64,000 nt of DNA from the human T2T-CHM13v2.0 reference genome, Homo sapiens. The stretch lies in NCBI RefSeq assembly GCF_009914755.1, contig NC_060931.1. The stretch is one strand, 5' to 3'. The number at the start of each line of letters is the position of its first letter. Position 1 is the first letter of the stretch. Of this stretch, positions 25,699 to 47,069 are shown piece by piece. A program made the translations under genes and the position numbers. Below the pieces are notes generated by a model, which made no database searches, was not told the DNA's origin, and saw nothing but the letters and a program-made list of their open reading frames with translations.

Positions 25699-26124
25699 GG
25701 AGCGTGACACACCTGGGCAGCTGCAGGAAGGCCACAGTGGCTGGAGCTGAAGGACGATGTGGGAAGTGAAGGGAAGAGCCAGGCCACACGGGGACACCAG
25801 GGGCACATAATGGGTGATGACTCGGGGAGGCAGAGGCCGGGCCTCTCCCCAGGGCAGTTATGCAAAGGAACAACGGGATTAGATTTGCATTTTAATGAAA
25901 TCGTTTTAGCTGTGGATTGGAATATGGCTTGGAGAGGCCAAAAGGGAAGGAGATGAGTTGGTATTTTCATGGAACAGGTGAGAGGTAATGGCTTGCGTGG
26001 TGACCTTTCTGCAGTATGCAACCATCTGTGCCAGCCCTGGTGACACTCTCCTGGATGGAGAACAGTGGATGGATTTGAGAGACCTAGAAGATAACACTTC
26101 ATGCATTTGGCACCAAATTGATTA

Positions 26125-26675
26125 TGTTACAGGAAAGGGGTCCCGATCCAGACCCCAAGAGAGGGTTCTTGGATCTTGCACAAGAGAGAATTCAGGGCGA
26201 GTCCATAGAGTAAAGTGAAAACAAGTTTATTAAGAGAGTAAAGGAACAAAAGAATGGCTACTCCATAGACAGAGCATCCCTGAGGGCTGCTGGTTGCCTA
26301 TTTTTATGGTTATTTCTTGATGATATGCTAAACAAGGGGTAGATTATTCATGCCTCCCCTTTTTAGACCCTATAGGGTAACTTTCTGACATTGCCATGGC
26401 ATTTGTAAACTGTCATGGTGCTGGTGGGAGGGTAGCAGTGAGGACGACCAGAGGTCACTCTCGTTGCCATCTTGGTTTTAGTGGGTTTTGGCTGGCTTCT
26501 TTACTGCCAACTGTTTTATCAGCAAGGTCTTTATGACCTGTGTCTTGTACCGACCGCCTATCTTATCCTGTGGCTAATGCCTTGGCTGTCTGGGAATGCA
26601 GCCCAGCAGGTCTCAGCCTCATTTTACCCATCCCCTACTCAAGATGGAGTTGCTGTGGTTCAGATGCCTCTGACA
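26125..26675 (-). mobile_element. MER41A solo LTR
   Basis: tgttacaggaaaggggtcccgatccagacccc...gatgcctctgaca with TSD atta; lacks the tandem GAS segment of MER41B. Confidence 0.85.
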
Positions 26676-27046
26676 ATTAGATGGGGCTAAGGTTGACTCC
26701 TGGGTGGCAGGCCTGAGAACAGGGTGGATGACAGTGCCATCTTCCAGGCTGGCTGATCCTGGAAGAGGACCAGGCTTCGGGGAGAGCTTGAGTTCATTTC
26801 TGGTCAGTAAGCTTGTAGCTGCCTCAAGACTCCAAAGGGAAAAGTCAACACAGCAGGCAGATGGACATGTCTGGAGGGGCCTGTGGTGGAAACTGAAATG
26901 TGTGAATCACAATCCTGTAAGTTATAATCGAAGCCTGGAGGAGGGCTGAGATCACCTAAGGAGAGAGAATAAAATGAGAACAGGAAAGACCCAGCCTTGA
27001 TGAGCTCCAACAGAGGAGGTGAGTCTACAGCAGGTAGAGATGAGAG

Positions 27047-27759
27047 TGTAACCGTGTGCAATGAGTTCATTTTGCTGGCTGTCCAGAGAGAGCTGACTTA
27101 TCAAGACAGGGCAATTGCAATAGAGAAAGAGCTTACTTCACATACAGCCAGCTGAATGAGAGACTGGAGTTTTATTATTACTCAACTTGATCTCCCTGAG
27201 AATTCAGAGGTAATGATAATTTGGTGGGCAGGGGGCTAGGGTAGGGGTGCTGCTAACTGGTTGGGGATGCAATCATAGGGGTGTGAAAAATGGTCCTTGT
27301 CTGCCGAGTTCACTTCTGGGTGGGGCCAGAGGGAGTTTGGCGGGTCCAAGTGGAGCCGTTGGTTGTCAGAAATGCACAAACCTGAAACCTTATCTCAAAA
27401 GGCCAATCTTAGTTTCTGTAATAGTGACGTAATCTGTAGGAGTTATTGGGGGGTTGCAAATCTTGTGACCTCTGGAATAATGGCTGGTAATCGTTTAGTC
27501 TACATCTCAGCAGAATTCAGGCTCTTCTCATCCTCCTCGCCTGGCGGTCTCTCATTAGCTTTACGAAGGCGGTTGAGTTTTGGAGAAGGGATATTATCAT
27601 TTAAACTATAAACTAAATGTCTCCCAAAGTTTGCTTGGCCCAAGCCCAGATATGATTAAAGGCAGTTTGGATGTTGAAGGCAAGATGGGGATTGGTGAGA
27701 CCCAATCTTTCACTGTCGTAATTTCCTTACTGTTATAATTTTTTGCAAAGACAGTTTTA
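27047..27759 (-). mobile_element. LTR8A-like solo LTR
   Basis: Homologous in inverted orientation to 21626-22946; ends ttataattttttgcaaagacagtttta. Confidence 0.75.
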
Positions 27760-27921
27760 GGAGAGACACCAGGCCGTGGAGTCACAGAAATCCAGTGGGA
27801 AGAGTGGATCAAGAAAAGACTAATCAGCCAGGCATGGTGGCTCATATCTGTTATCCCAGCACATTGAGAGGCCGAGGCAGGGAGATCACTTGAGGCCAGG
27901 AGTTTGAGCCTGGCTTAGCTA

Positions 27922-28107
<186 letters not shown>

Positions 28108-29165
28108 TCAAAAAAAAAAAAAAAAAAAAAAAAAGACGAATTGACAGGACCAGATGCCAATGAGAAGTGAATTCTGGGAGGATGACAGAAAAATATCCTT
28201 TGATGGGGTCATTGATGACACTTTTAGTGGAACGCCAGCAGCCAGTGAAAGTTTTTGGAGAAGTTTTAGTCACAGAAGAGGTTTATGAAGTATAATTCTA
28301 AGTTTGAAACAGAATACAGAGCACAGAATAGCATCATCTTCATGATGTAAAAATCATTTGTAACATGAAGGAGCATATAGGAATGAATATGTATTATTTT
28401 AATCAAAAGAACATAATAAAAGTTATGAGGACATGTGTTTCTTAATTCTTTGTGGAGTACACTTCTAAGCTTTTCCTTAAATAATATCCTGAAATTGGAA
28501 TTAAGCTTATCGTTGAAGTTAAAATATACTCAAAATATTCAAAACAACATATTTTTCCCAGCTAAAAGATTATTTCATCTTTTTCGTTGTTCTTCCAGTA
28601 TGCTGGATTCTTCTCTCACGTTTTGTTTCAGTGCAAACTGATGGAACTCCTCTTGGTTACTATTGATTTCATGCAAGTTAGCAGTGACTAATCATGTTGG
28701 CCATTAGCCTCCTTAGTGCATTTGTCCTCTACTGATTTAATTTCATTTAATGTAATAAAGCATGTTACTTTCATGACTAGGTTTTGAAGATGTTTGGTAC
28801 AATGTTTTAAATTCATTGCATTTTCTGGAGAACAAAAAGCCCACCTGTTTGTAAGGCATCCTGGTATGTTTAGAATTTCTCATTGATTTCAGGAACTCTG
28901 GCCTTGATGTTAAAGAAAGTGATCACAGACCTTTGTTTAAGGCAGGCAGGGATGCATCTGACTGTCAGGGAAACAACACATCTCTGGGGGAACAAAGACA
29001 GCGCATCTTTGTAAAAAAAAAAAAATCACAGGCCAGGCGCGGTGGCTCATGCCTGTAATCCCAGCACTTTGGGTGGCCGAGGTGGGCGGATCACGAGGTC
29101 AGGAGATCGAGACCATCCTGGCTAACACAGTGAAACCCCGTCTCTACTAAAAATACAAAAAATTA

Positions 29166-29390
<225 letters not shown>

Positions 29391-29745
29391 TTATCAAACA
29401 CACTGAAGCCTCCGTTAATGTCTTTGCCTCCCCCCTTATTGAGGAAGCTAATTAACTAGGTAGCTAATTAATTGTCTCTTACTGAGAACTACTAGAAATT
29501 TATACTCTGATTATTGGCTTAGGAGAAGTTGGATGAAATAAATAACTTGGACTGTTGAAAAGTCAAAATAGTTTTTTCAATCAACTGGGGCCTCCACTCC
29601 CCTGCAAGATTTGTGTGCATGCTGATGGGAGAGAGAGGGTCCCTCTACGCACCTGCAGGGAGGAGCCTGCAGTTCCTTTGTGCTGTGACTCAGTAAATCA
29701 GAGGGCTTGGGCTGTCTGCCAACACATTAACCCTTGCTCAGGTAG

Positions 29746-30144
29746 TGTATTAGTCTGTTCTCACATGGCTATAAAGAAATACCTGAGATTGGGTAATTTT
29801 TAAAGGGAAGATATTTAATTGGCTTCTGGTTCTGCAGACTGTATAGGAAGCATGGCTGAGGAGGCCTTGGGAAACTTACAATTGTGGCAGAAGGTGAAGA
29901 GAAAGGAGAGGCACGTCTTACATGGCAGGAGCAGGAGGAAGAGAGACAGGGGAGGTGCCTCACACTTTTAAACAACCATGTCTTATGAGAACTAACTTAC
30001 TGTATAGTACCAAGGCGGGGATGGTACTAAACCATGAGAAACTACCCCCATGGTCCAATCACCTCCCACCAGGACCCACCTTCAGCATCAGGGATTACAT
30101 TTCAACATGAGATTTGGGTGGAGACACATATTCAAACCATATCA
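29746..30144 (-). mobile_element. MSTA/MSTB solo LTR
   Basis: tgtattagtctgttctcac...ataaagaaatacctgaga...gagatttgggtggagacacatattcaaaccatatca; flanked by ggtag/ggtgg. Confidence 0.85.
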
Positions 30145-30294
30145 GGTGGGGATTAGGAAACGCCATTCTCACCACTACGAAGCATCTTCCTCCCTTAAGG
30201 AGGGGATAGAGACGAGGGCCCAGGAGTGTCAGCATAATCTAATTCACTCCAGAGCAGTAGAGCGGGAAAACATGAGCATAGGGGATAAGAGCCC

Positions 30295-32142
<1,848 letters not shown>

Positions 32143-33095
32143 CCCTAGTGAAGCATGTGCTCGCTTAGACCTGTTACTAATGATTGCCTGGGCACCATGT
32201 TGAGGAGGACATTCAGGCACATCTGGTTTAGCAGGAAAGAGTGCAGTGATCGATTTGTGATGTCTGCAGGGGCACAAGATGGTCTGGGAACTCTCACCAT
32301 TTGTTTGCCACACACAGAATGGTAATTCCTGGTGAAAGGCTCCCATGGACCCTGAAACATTTCTTCCTAGGGACTTGGAATCCTGTGACTTATCTCTGAC
32401 CTAGACCCTACCCAACGGAGAAGAAGACAGCACTTCCTCTATAACACAGCCAGCTTCTGACTGCCAGTGTTAGGATGGGGAGAGCTGGGGTTCAGTATGA
32501 GAAGTGAGGCCCTAGTGAATCAGGTAGAATGTGGAGTGGTGAAAGACAGGGGCCTACATGGAGCATGAAGGTGCAGTTGAAAGGCTGCCATAGCAGGTCG
32601 TCAGCAAGTGTGTGTGGCATGTCACTGGGGTTGGTGGTGTTAGGTGTTGCTGATAGAAACAGTATCAGCCAGCGGCGCAGTGGCTCATGCCTGTAATCCC
32701 AGTACTTTGGGAGGCTGAGGTGGGTGGATTACTTGTCAGGAGTTCGAGACCAACTTGGCCAACATGGTGAAACCCTGTCTCTATAAAAATACAAAAAATT
32801 AACTGGGCATCGTGACAGGTGCCTGTAATCCCAGCTACTCAGGAGGCTGAGGCAGGAGAATCACTTGAACCCAGGAGGTGGAGGTTGCAGTATCAGCTGA
32901 GTTACTCCTCTAGCTGATATGTTTTATCTAGCCATCATTCTGCAGATGGTGGTGGTGGACACATAATCATAGAAATAATAACGGTGGCTATTTATTGAGC
33001 CCTTCCTCCTTCCTATATGTCAGGCACTGTGAATGACCCACACCCTTTAGATTCAGGGTTTAAATGGCAGACACTGGCAAGAACTATTAACTTAG

Positions 33096-33227
<132 letters not shown>

Positions 33228-33619
33228 TAGCAAGGCATGGTGGCACATGCCTGCAGTCCTAGACACTCAGGAGGCAGAGGTGGGAGGATCACTTGAGCCC
33301 AGGAGTTTGAGGCTACAGTGAGCTGTGATTGTGTCACTGCACTCCAGCCTGGGTGACAGAGCAAGATCCTGTTTCAAAAAACACACAACAACAAAAAAAT
33401 CCCAAAACAAATTATAACTCTATGACTAAACCCAAATTCCATTTCCCTCTTTTCTGTCCAGCCACCAGATAGCTTCCAGAGTAATGATCCTAGAATGCAT
33501 AAATGTGTGTGTTGTTTTTGTTTTGTTTTGTTTTTTAAGAAACTGGGTCTGCCACCCAGTCTGGAGTTCAGAAGCATGATCATAGCTCACTGTAGCCTCA
33601 AACTCGTGACCTCAAGTGA

Positions 33620-33912
<293 letters not shown>

Positions 33913-34749
33913 TGATCCACCCACCTTGGCCTCCCAAAGTGCTGGGATTAGAGACATGAGCCAAATTTTTTTGTAGAAATGGGGTCTCTCTGTGTTGTCC
34001 AGGCTGGTCTTGAAGTCCTGCCTCAAGCAGTCCTCCTGCCTTGGCCTCCCACAGTGCTAGTATTAAAGGTGTGCGCCACTGCACCTGGATTTTAAAATGT
34101 GTACTTGACCATGTCTCTTCCACCTAAACCCTCCAATGTCTCCTTCAAGCCCATGGGCAAGTGCAAACTCCTCAGCATGTCAGCTGGCTCCACATGCTCC
34201 GACCTCTTGCTCTGACACATTTCACTCCTGAGTTCTGTGGAATAGCTTATCAGCCTGAGGACAGTTGGCTGTTCCCCACCGCTCACTGTTTCAGTCTATA
34301 ATACCCATCCCTACCTCCATCCACCTGACCAGCTCCTGCTTAGCTTCTGAACTCAAACTTTTGAGTTGTGATTTGCAAGTAACATTCAGATTATTGCATT
34401 GGCTTGATGGTTAAAGTACATATTTGCCTGATTTTCTTTTTTTTCACCTAAGGCAACTCAGCACATAGCTTTTCAGCATATTTGCATAATTCATAGCCTT
34501 TGAGTAAATTACTGAGTGAACTATTACCCTTGTGGCACAGCATCCTTATTCATGGTGCCATCTTCAGGGTCAGAGGGTTGGGGAGGGACATGATGCTTCA
34601 CAAACATGAGGGGAGGTTGTGTGGCTCATGCCTGTAATCCCAGCACTTTGGGAGGCCGAGGCGGGCGGATCGCTTGAGTTCAGGAGTTCAAGACCAGCCT
34701 GGCCAACATGGCGAAACCCCATCTCTACTAAAAATACAAAAATTAGCTA

Positions 34750-34953
<204 letters not shown>

Positions 34954-35273
34954 TTAGACATGTACTCAGGTGACCAACCAGGAGGTCCGATCTTTGAGTT
35001 TATGCTCAAGCCACAGAACATTATTATTCACTTAGTGTTTAACTTCAAATAAATTGATAGTTGGAAACAAAACAAGGACAATACCTTCATAATTTTAATT
35101 TTTTAAATTATTAAATATTTTTTGGTAGAGATAGGGTCTTATGTTGCCCAGGCTGGTCTCAAACTCCTAGCCTCAAGCAATCTTCCTGCCTTAACATCCG
35201 AAAGCATTGGGATTACAGGTATGAGCCATAATACATGACCCATAATTTTAATATATGTATATACGTTTTTTGA

Positions 35274-35477
<204 letters not shown>

Positions 35478-35867
35478 TGAACTCCTGATCAGAAGTTATC
35501 CACCTGACTCGGCCTCCCAAAGTACTGGGATTACAGGAATGAGCCACTGCTCGCGGCCATAATTTTAATTTTTGAGGTAGTTTTTGGCCCTCCTTTTTCT
35601 AAACTGGTGCTAGATGGGAAAAGATGTTTGTACTGTGGAGTCCCTAACTGCTGCCATGGGTGAGAAAGCATATGTCAGTGAGCATGCTCTCTGGTTCCAG
35701 TAATGGAATCGCTAACTAAAAATGCCTTTAAACAATAGAGGTTTCTGTTTTCTCTTTGAAGTGATATGGAAGTATGTTACCCACCTTGAATCTAAGGATG
35801 AATAATCAAAGACCCACTTCCAACATTTCTACTGCATCATTTTGAACATGTTGGCTTTTGTCTCCAG

Positions 35868-35969
35868 GCTGTTGCCTCATGGTCTCAAGATGGCTGCCAC
35901 AGCTGTTGCCTCACGGTCTCAAGATGACCACCACAGCTATTGCCTCATCATCTCAAGATCACTGCTGCA
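35868..35969 (+). repeat. Three diverged 34-bp tandem units within an MLT1-like LTR remnant
   Basis: gctgttgcctcatggtctcaagatggctgccaca / gctgttgcctcacggtctcaagatgaccaccaca / gctattgcctcatcatctcaagatcactgctgca. Confidence 0.85.
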
Positions 35970-36723
35970 GCTCCAGGCATCACAGTCTCTCACAGTTGTG
36001 TTCAGCGACAGGAAGGAAGAGGACAGGCAAGAGAGTTTCTCTCTTTTGAGGTGCTCTTTATATCAAGGAGGGGGAAAAGCCCCTTGGAGACTTCTTAAGT
36101 CTTATTCACCATAAATGAGTCCCTTGTCAACCTCCATTTGTAAGGGAGGCTGGGAGCAGAAGTTGGTGGAATTTACAGCCTCTATTATGGGAGGTGGGTT
36201 CTATTAGGAGAAAACCACGTGGTAAATAATACCATCTCTCACAGGAAATATACATCTTGCTGTGTAGTTTAACCACCCACCAAACTGGTCAGGAACACCT
36301 GCTGAGGGTTAGGTTTATGCTTGGGATGCTGGAAGAAAAACTTCACATAGTGAAGTACCCAGGAGAGAGGCAGTACCCATGAGCCAGAGATTAAAAACCA
36401 GTGAAGAGGCCAGGCATGGCGGCTCTGCCTGTAATCCCAGCACTCTGGGAGGCTGAGATGGGCAGATCACTTGAAGTCAGGTGTTCGAGACCAGCCTGGC
36501 CAACATGGCGAAACTCCATCTCTACTAAAAATACAAAAATTAGTCGGGTGTGGTGGTGTGTGCCTGTAACCCCAGCTACTCAGGAGGCTGAGGCATGAGG
36601 ATTACTTGAATCCAGGAGGTGGAGGTTTCAGTGAGCTGAGATGGTGCCACTGCACTCCAGCCTCACTCACAGAGTGAGACCCTGTCTCAAACAAACAAAC
36701 AAACAAAAAACAAACACCAGTGA

Positions 36724-37136
<413 letters not shown>

Positions 37137-37774
37137 TGAGCAGTGTCTTAACAGATGCATAGGAGATTCCCAGATGAAGAAGACAGGAAAGGCCATTTAA
37201 GGCCTAGGGGTAGAAAGAGCATATCCAGAGTTTTTAAAATGCCTTTTGTTTTTGACAATAACCACCACCCCCTTTTGAGTTTTCTCCCGTCTCCATCAGC
37301 ACACCCACTCTGAATGAAAGCAACGCTTCCTGAAAGCTGAGCTTCACTGCCTATTTTGGCTGTTCTTAGAGTAGTGGAGATGTGCTCATTCCACTTGCGT
37401 ATTCTTCATTTGGAGGGCAGTCATGTCCTTCAGAATTACAGTGGGAGGGATGGGGTGCTGTGCGGGGCATTTGTTTTGTTCAGCCTACAATGGCATCCCC
37501 TTTTGTGGGATACACTCACTCACTGAAGCTGGGGGGCTCAGCCTCCTTAACCTGTCATGGCCCTGAGACTGGCCACATCACTGTGAGTTGGGTCAGCTGC
37601 TATAGCTGCCCCCTGGAGATGGCGATGGTCTGGATGTGTGCAGGACCCACGCTGCACCAACTGGAGGACCTACCTGGATTTCTGCAAATCACGCTGAAAA
37701 AAGGGGCTTTATTTCCTCTTTGGACACACAACGTAAGGATGAAAGGTCAGAACTGCCCATTCCCTTATCCCTGG

Positions 37775-39330
<1,556 letters not shown>

Positions 39331-40039
39331 CTGACTGTGTGCAGAGGCTGATCTGGAGATGGAGCCCATATCCCGTCAGGTCTCAATGATTCCAGAGCAC
39401 AGCTTTGCCCCTATACACCCCAGTCATGGGAAACACAAATCACCTTCTTTTTCACTTGGGTGTATTGGAAGTGGGTTTTATCACCTGCAATAAAGTCTTG
39501 ACCAATGTAATAGCTCATCATCAGCAAAAGCTGTCTGCTGCCTGGCTGCCACGTCATCTGACTGTGTCCCTGTCTGCAGTGAGACTTTCCCTCCATCCTG
39601 CTGAGTCTGGAAGGAGGAAGAAAATAATTCCTTGCGAATTCTGCTTTAGTGAGTCTCTTCTCATCTCTCCAAAGACATCCCTCTGACTCCCTTTCACTTC
39701 AAGCCGTCACATGGCTCTTCTCGTCCCAGCAGCCTGGCTGTGAGTTTCCTGCCCACAGCTACATGGGGGTGTGAATGCCGCCCAGGCCATTACCCCTGGG
39801 AGCAGCGGGAGCCTGCAGCAGGTGACAAAACTCTCTCCACCTTTTCACTCTTTTGGGAGGGAGTGTTCACACCTTCCTGCTGTGCTCAGGGTCAGCTCCA
39901 GGGAGCTCATTAAGTAGCTGACTCAGAGCCAGAACACCGAGGCCGGGCAAAATCAGCGCCTCTCCCACTTCTGTGGGATTGATGAGTTTCCTTCCCCAGG
40001 CAGCCAACCCCAGCTGGGGCTTTTCAGAGCTTTTAGCAG

Positions 40040-40985
<946 letters not shown>

Positions 40986-41061
40986 ATAAGATTATCCTAT
41001 TATCACTCACGCCTGTAATCCCAGCACTTTGGGAGGCCGAGGCGGGTAGATCATGAGCTCA

Positions 41062-41301
<240 letters not shown>

Positions 41302-41335
41302 CTAGTATTAGATAAATGATCATTGTGCTCCACAT

Positions 41336-41440
41336 TTCTTTCTCCCTTCCTTCCTTCCCTCCCTCCCTCCCTCCCCCCTTCCTCCCTCCCTCCCTTCCTT
41401 TTCTTCCTTCCTTCCTTTCTATCTTCTTCTTCTTTTTTTT
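41336..41440 (+). repeat. CT-rich (CCTT/CCCT) low-complexity tract
   Basis: Read directly; it forms the tail of an antisense Alu. Confidence 0.9.
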
Positions 41441-41600
41441 TAATCGAGACAGGGTCTTGTTCCATTAGCCAGGCTGGAGTGCAGTGGCGCAATCATAGCT
41501 CACTGAAGCTTTGACCTCCTGGGCTCAAGCAATCCTCCTGCCTCAGCCTCCCAAGTATCTGGGACCACAGGCACAGGTCATCATGCCCAGCTAATTTTAA

Positions 41601-41726
<126 letters not shown>

Positions 41727-41779
41727 TAGGGATTGGAAAATTATCACCTATGATTCAGATTCATCCTGCAACCTTTTTC

Positions 41780-42030
41780 CTTGTGACTGTGAGCTAAGAA
41801 TTGCTTTTACATGTTTAAATGGTTGGAAAAAAATTAGAAACATAGTATTTCCTGACATGTGAAAATCACGTGAAATTGATTTCAGTGTCTGTAACTGAAG
41901 ACTTGTTGTAACACTGCCACACTCATTTATTTGTGAATTGTCTGTGGTTGTTTTCATGCTGGGATGGCAGAGAGTGAATAGTGGGCCAGAGACCACACAA
42001 CCCTTTCCAGAAAAGGTTTGGGGACCTTGC
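41780..42030. mobile_element. MER58B-like hAT DNA transposon remnant
   Basis: gagctaagaattgcttttacatgtttaaatggttggaaaaaaa...gacatgtgaaaat...ccctttccagaaaaggtttg. Confidence 0.65.
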
Positions 42031-42860
42031 CCTATCTTTTCCCTTCAGCTTTCTGGTGACTTCTCTTCCACACAAATCTTCTAAGGGAACAGAACACTCA
42101 TTATGCTGTTCCTTTGTGGGGACTTAGAGTTTAAAGGGGACACAGAAAGAGACCATTGTCTAAAATCAAATAATTTGTTAGTGCTGGAATTTCAGGTTAG
42201 GGACTCCCCCCCATTTTTTTTCCTTCTCCCTTCCCTCCCCTTCCTTCCCCATCCCCTCCCCTCCCCTCCCCGGGTTTTGGTCTGTCTCCTAGGCTGGAGA
42301 GCAGTGGTATGCGTGATCTTAAGTTATTGCAGCCTCAAACTCCTGGGCTCAAGCAATTCTCCCACCCTGGCCTCCTGAGTAGCTGAGACTACACGTGTGT
42401 GCTACCATGCCAGGCTAATTTTAAAACTTTTTCATAAAGATGAAGTCTTGCTATGCTGTCCAGGCTGGTCTTGATCTCCTGACCTCCAGCGATCCTCTTG
42501 CCTCAGCCTCCCAAAGTGTTGGGACTACAGGCATGAGCCACTGCACTGTCCTATGTGGGGCACTTCTTAGGGGTGGAGTGGGCTCCTGAGACCCTTCAAG
42601 TCACAACATGCATCACTGTGTGCCTCAGATACAGAGGCTGACCCCATGCTAGCCACGGGGCGGCTGCCACTTCCACAACATTCTTATCACCTGTGCACCT
42701 GCTGAGGGCTGCCTTGGGGGCTGTCCCATTGGTCCCTGGCTAGCTCCATAGAAAAGAGCCTGAGTTAGCCGGAAGTGGTGGCTCATGCCTGTAATCCCAG
42801 CACTTTGGGAGGCCAAGGCGGGCAGATCACAAGGCCAGGAGAGAGAGAACATCCTGGTTA

Positions 42861-43110
<250 letters not shown>

Positions 43111-43299
43111 CTACCTTGCTATGGGGATTCAGGAAACTAATTGAGACTTCGGGCCAGGATGTCTTTGGGCCACCGTGGCAACCTCTCACTAACGTTCTAT
43201 TTGGAACCTGAAGTCCTAGGGTGCTGTCCCTGCCAGCAGACTCAGCTAGCCTTGCCACGATTTCCGGTTCCTCCCAGTGCCATTCCAGAGTCTGAGTCC

Positions 43300-44311
<1,012 letters not shown>

Positions 44312-44360
44312 AATGCTGAGACCTGCCGCCACCTGCTTCTTAAAGCAGGTTGATCCAGCA

Positions 44361-44649
44361 CTGTATTAGGGGTTATGGCAACATTATTGAATTTTTTATG
44401 TACATAAAGCCATATGTTTAGGGTGGTTTCTGTCTTGTTTTTGACTTATATAACACTGTGAACTTCTAAAGAGAGAGAATAAAAGAAGCATGAATGAAAA
44501 GAATGGCACTTCAAAAAAGATGGTTCAGTGAAAAACTATAGCTAAAATATGTAAACCTTTCTAAGTAAACCGCTTGCCTTCATCTTGAGTTGGAATATAT
44601 TTAAATAAATTGTGTTATCTCTTGGCAAAAAAAAAAAAAAAAAAAAAAA
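44361..44649 (+). pseudogene. 5'-truncated retrocopy of an mRNA 3' end (parent not identified)
   Basis: UTR-like sequence I do not recognise as a repeat, AATAAA at 44604-44609, A23 tail at 44627-44649, and flanking direct repeats matching 16/19. Confidence 0.7.
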
Positions 44650-44952
44650 GGAGGCTGATCCAGGAGGCATAGGTGGAACCGTCAGGCTGGGGACTCAGTG
44701 AGTGCACCCCCTCACTGACAAGTCGACACCGATGGAGACCACAAAGGTCTTGGCGTGTGCATTTGGCTACAAGTAACAACCCCATGTCAACAGTGGCTTA
44801 AGCACAAAAGACACTGAACCCTCTCACACGGTAACCAGTCTGAGGTGGTTGTTCTGCATTTGTTTCGCTGTTTAGAAATGTCAGCAATGGGCCAGGCGCG
44901 GTGGCTCACGCCTGTAATCCCAGCACTTTGGGAGGCCGAGGCCGGCGGATCA

Positions 44953-45201
<249 letters not shown>

Positions 45202-45299
45202 TTAACCTAGAATATTCTCTCCACAAATTCAGAAGACAAAGAAAACAATTTTATTAATGAATAAGCATTAAACCAGACTGTGATGCCCATCACAGATGA

Positions 45300-45539
<240 letters not shown>

Positions 45540-46238
45540 TAGCTAGGATGGTCTCGAAATCCTGACCTCGTAATTCGCCCGCCTAGGCCTCCCAAAGTGC
45601 TGGGATTATAGGCGTGAGCTATGGCGCCCGGCCAAAGCGTCCTTTTTATATAGCCTGGCAGATACAATCCATTGCATACACGCTCTCAAGATAAATAGTA
45701 ACTCATCCTCATGCAAAAGGACTTGATATGCAGTTTTTTTTTGTTTTGTTTTTTTTGAGACAGGGTCTCATTCTGTCATCCAGGCTGGAGTGTAGTGGTG
45801 TGATCTTCTTGGCTCACTGTAACCTCCACCTCCTGGGTTCAAGTGATTCTCGTGCCTAAGCCTCCCAAGTAGCTGGAATTACAGACGTGCCATCATGCCC
45901 AGCTAATATTTGTATTTTAGTAGAGACAGAGTTTCGCCATACTGGCCAGGCTGGACTCAAACTTCTTCTTTCGATTTCTGTGTGGCTTCAAGTGATCCGC
46001 CTGTCTCTGCCTCCCCCAGAGTGCTGGGATTACAGGTGTGAGCCACCAGGCCTGGCCTGCTATGCATTCTTAAACACTCATCCTAAATTCACCTGGAAAT
46101 CAACGTGGCCATCCATGCTAGTTAATTACCTGTATCCAATGAAAAAATAAAACTTCTCACATCTCCTTGACAAGCAGGTAGTAACAGCTCAAGGTGCCTA
46201 GGCTAAACTCCCTAGGCAACAGGAAGATAGGGACACTA

Positions 46239-46478
<240 letters not shown>

Positions 46479-46481
46479 TCA

Positions 46482-46583
<102 letters not shown>

Positions 46584-46631
46584 TCAAAAAAAAAAAATCC
46601 TGGGTTGTAATGTTGGCAAGAAGTTCATTTA

Positions 46632-47069
<438 letters not shown>

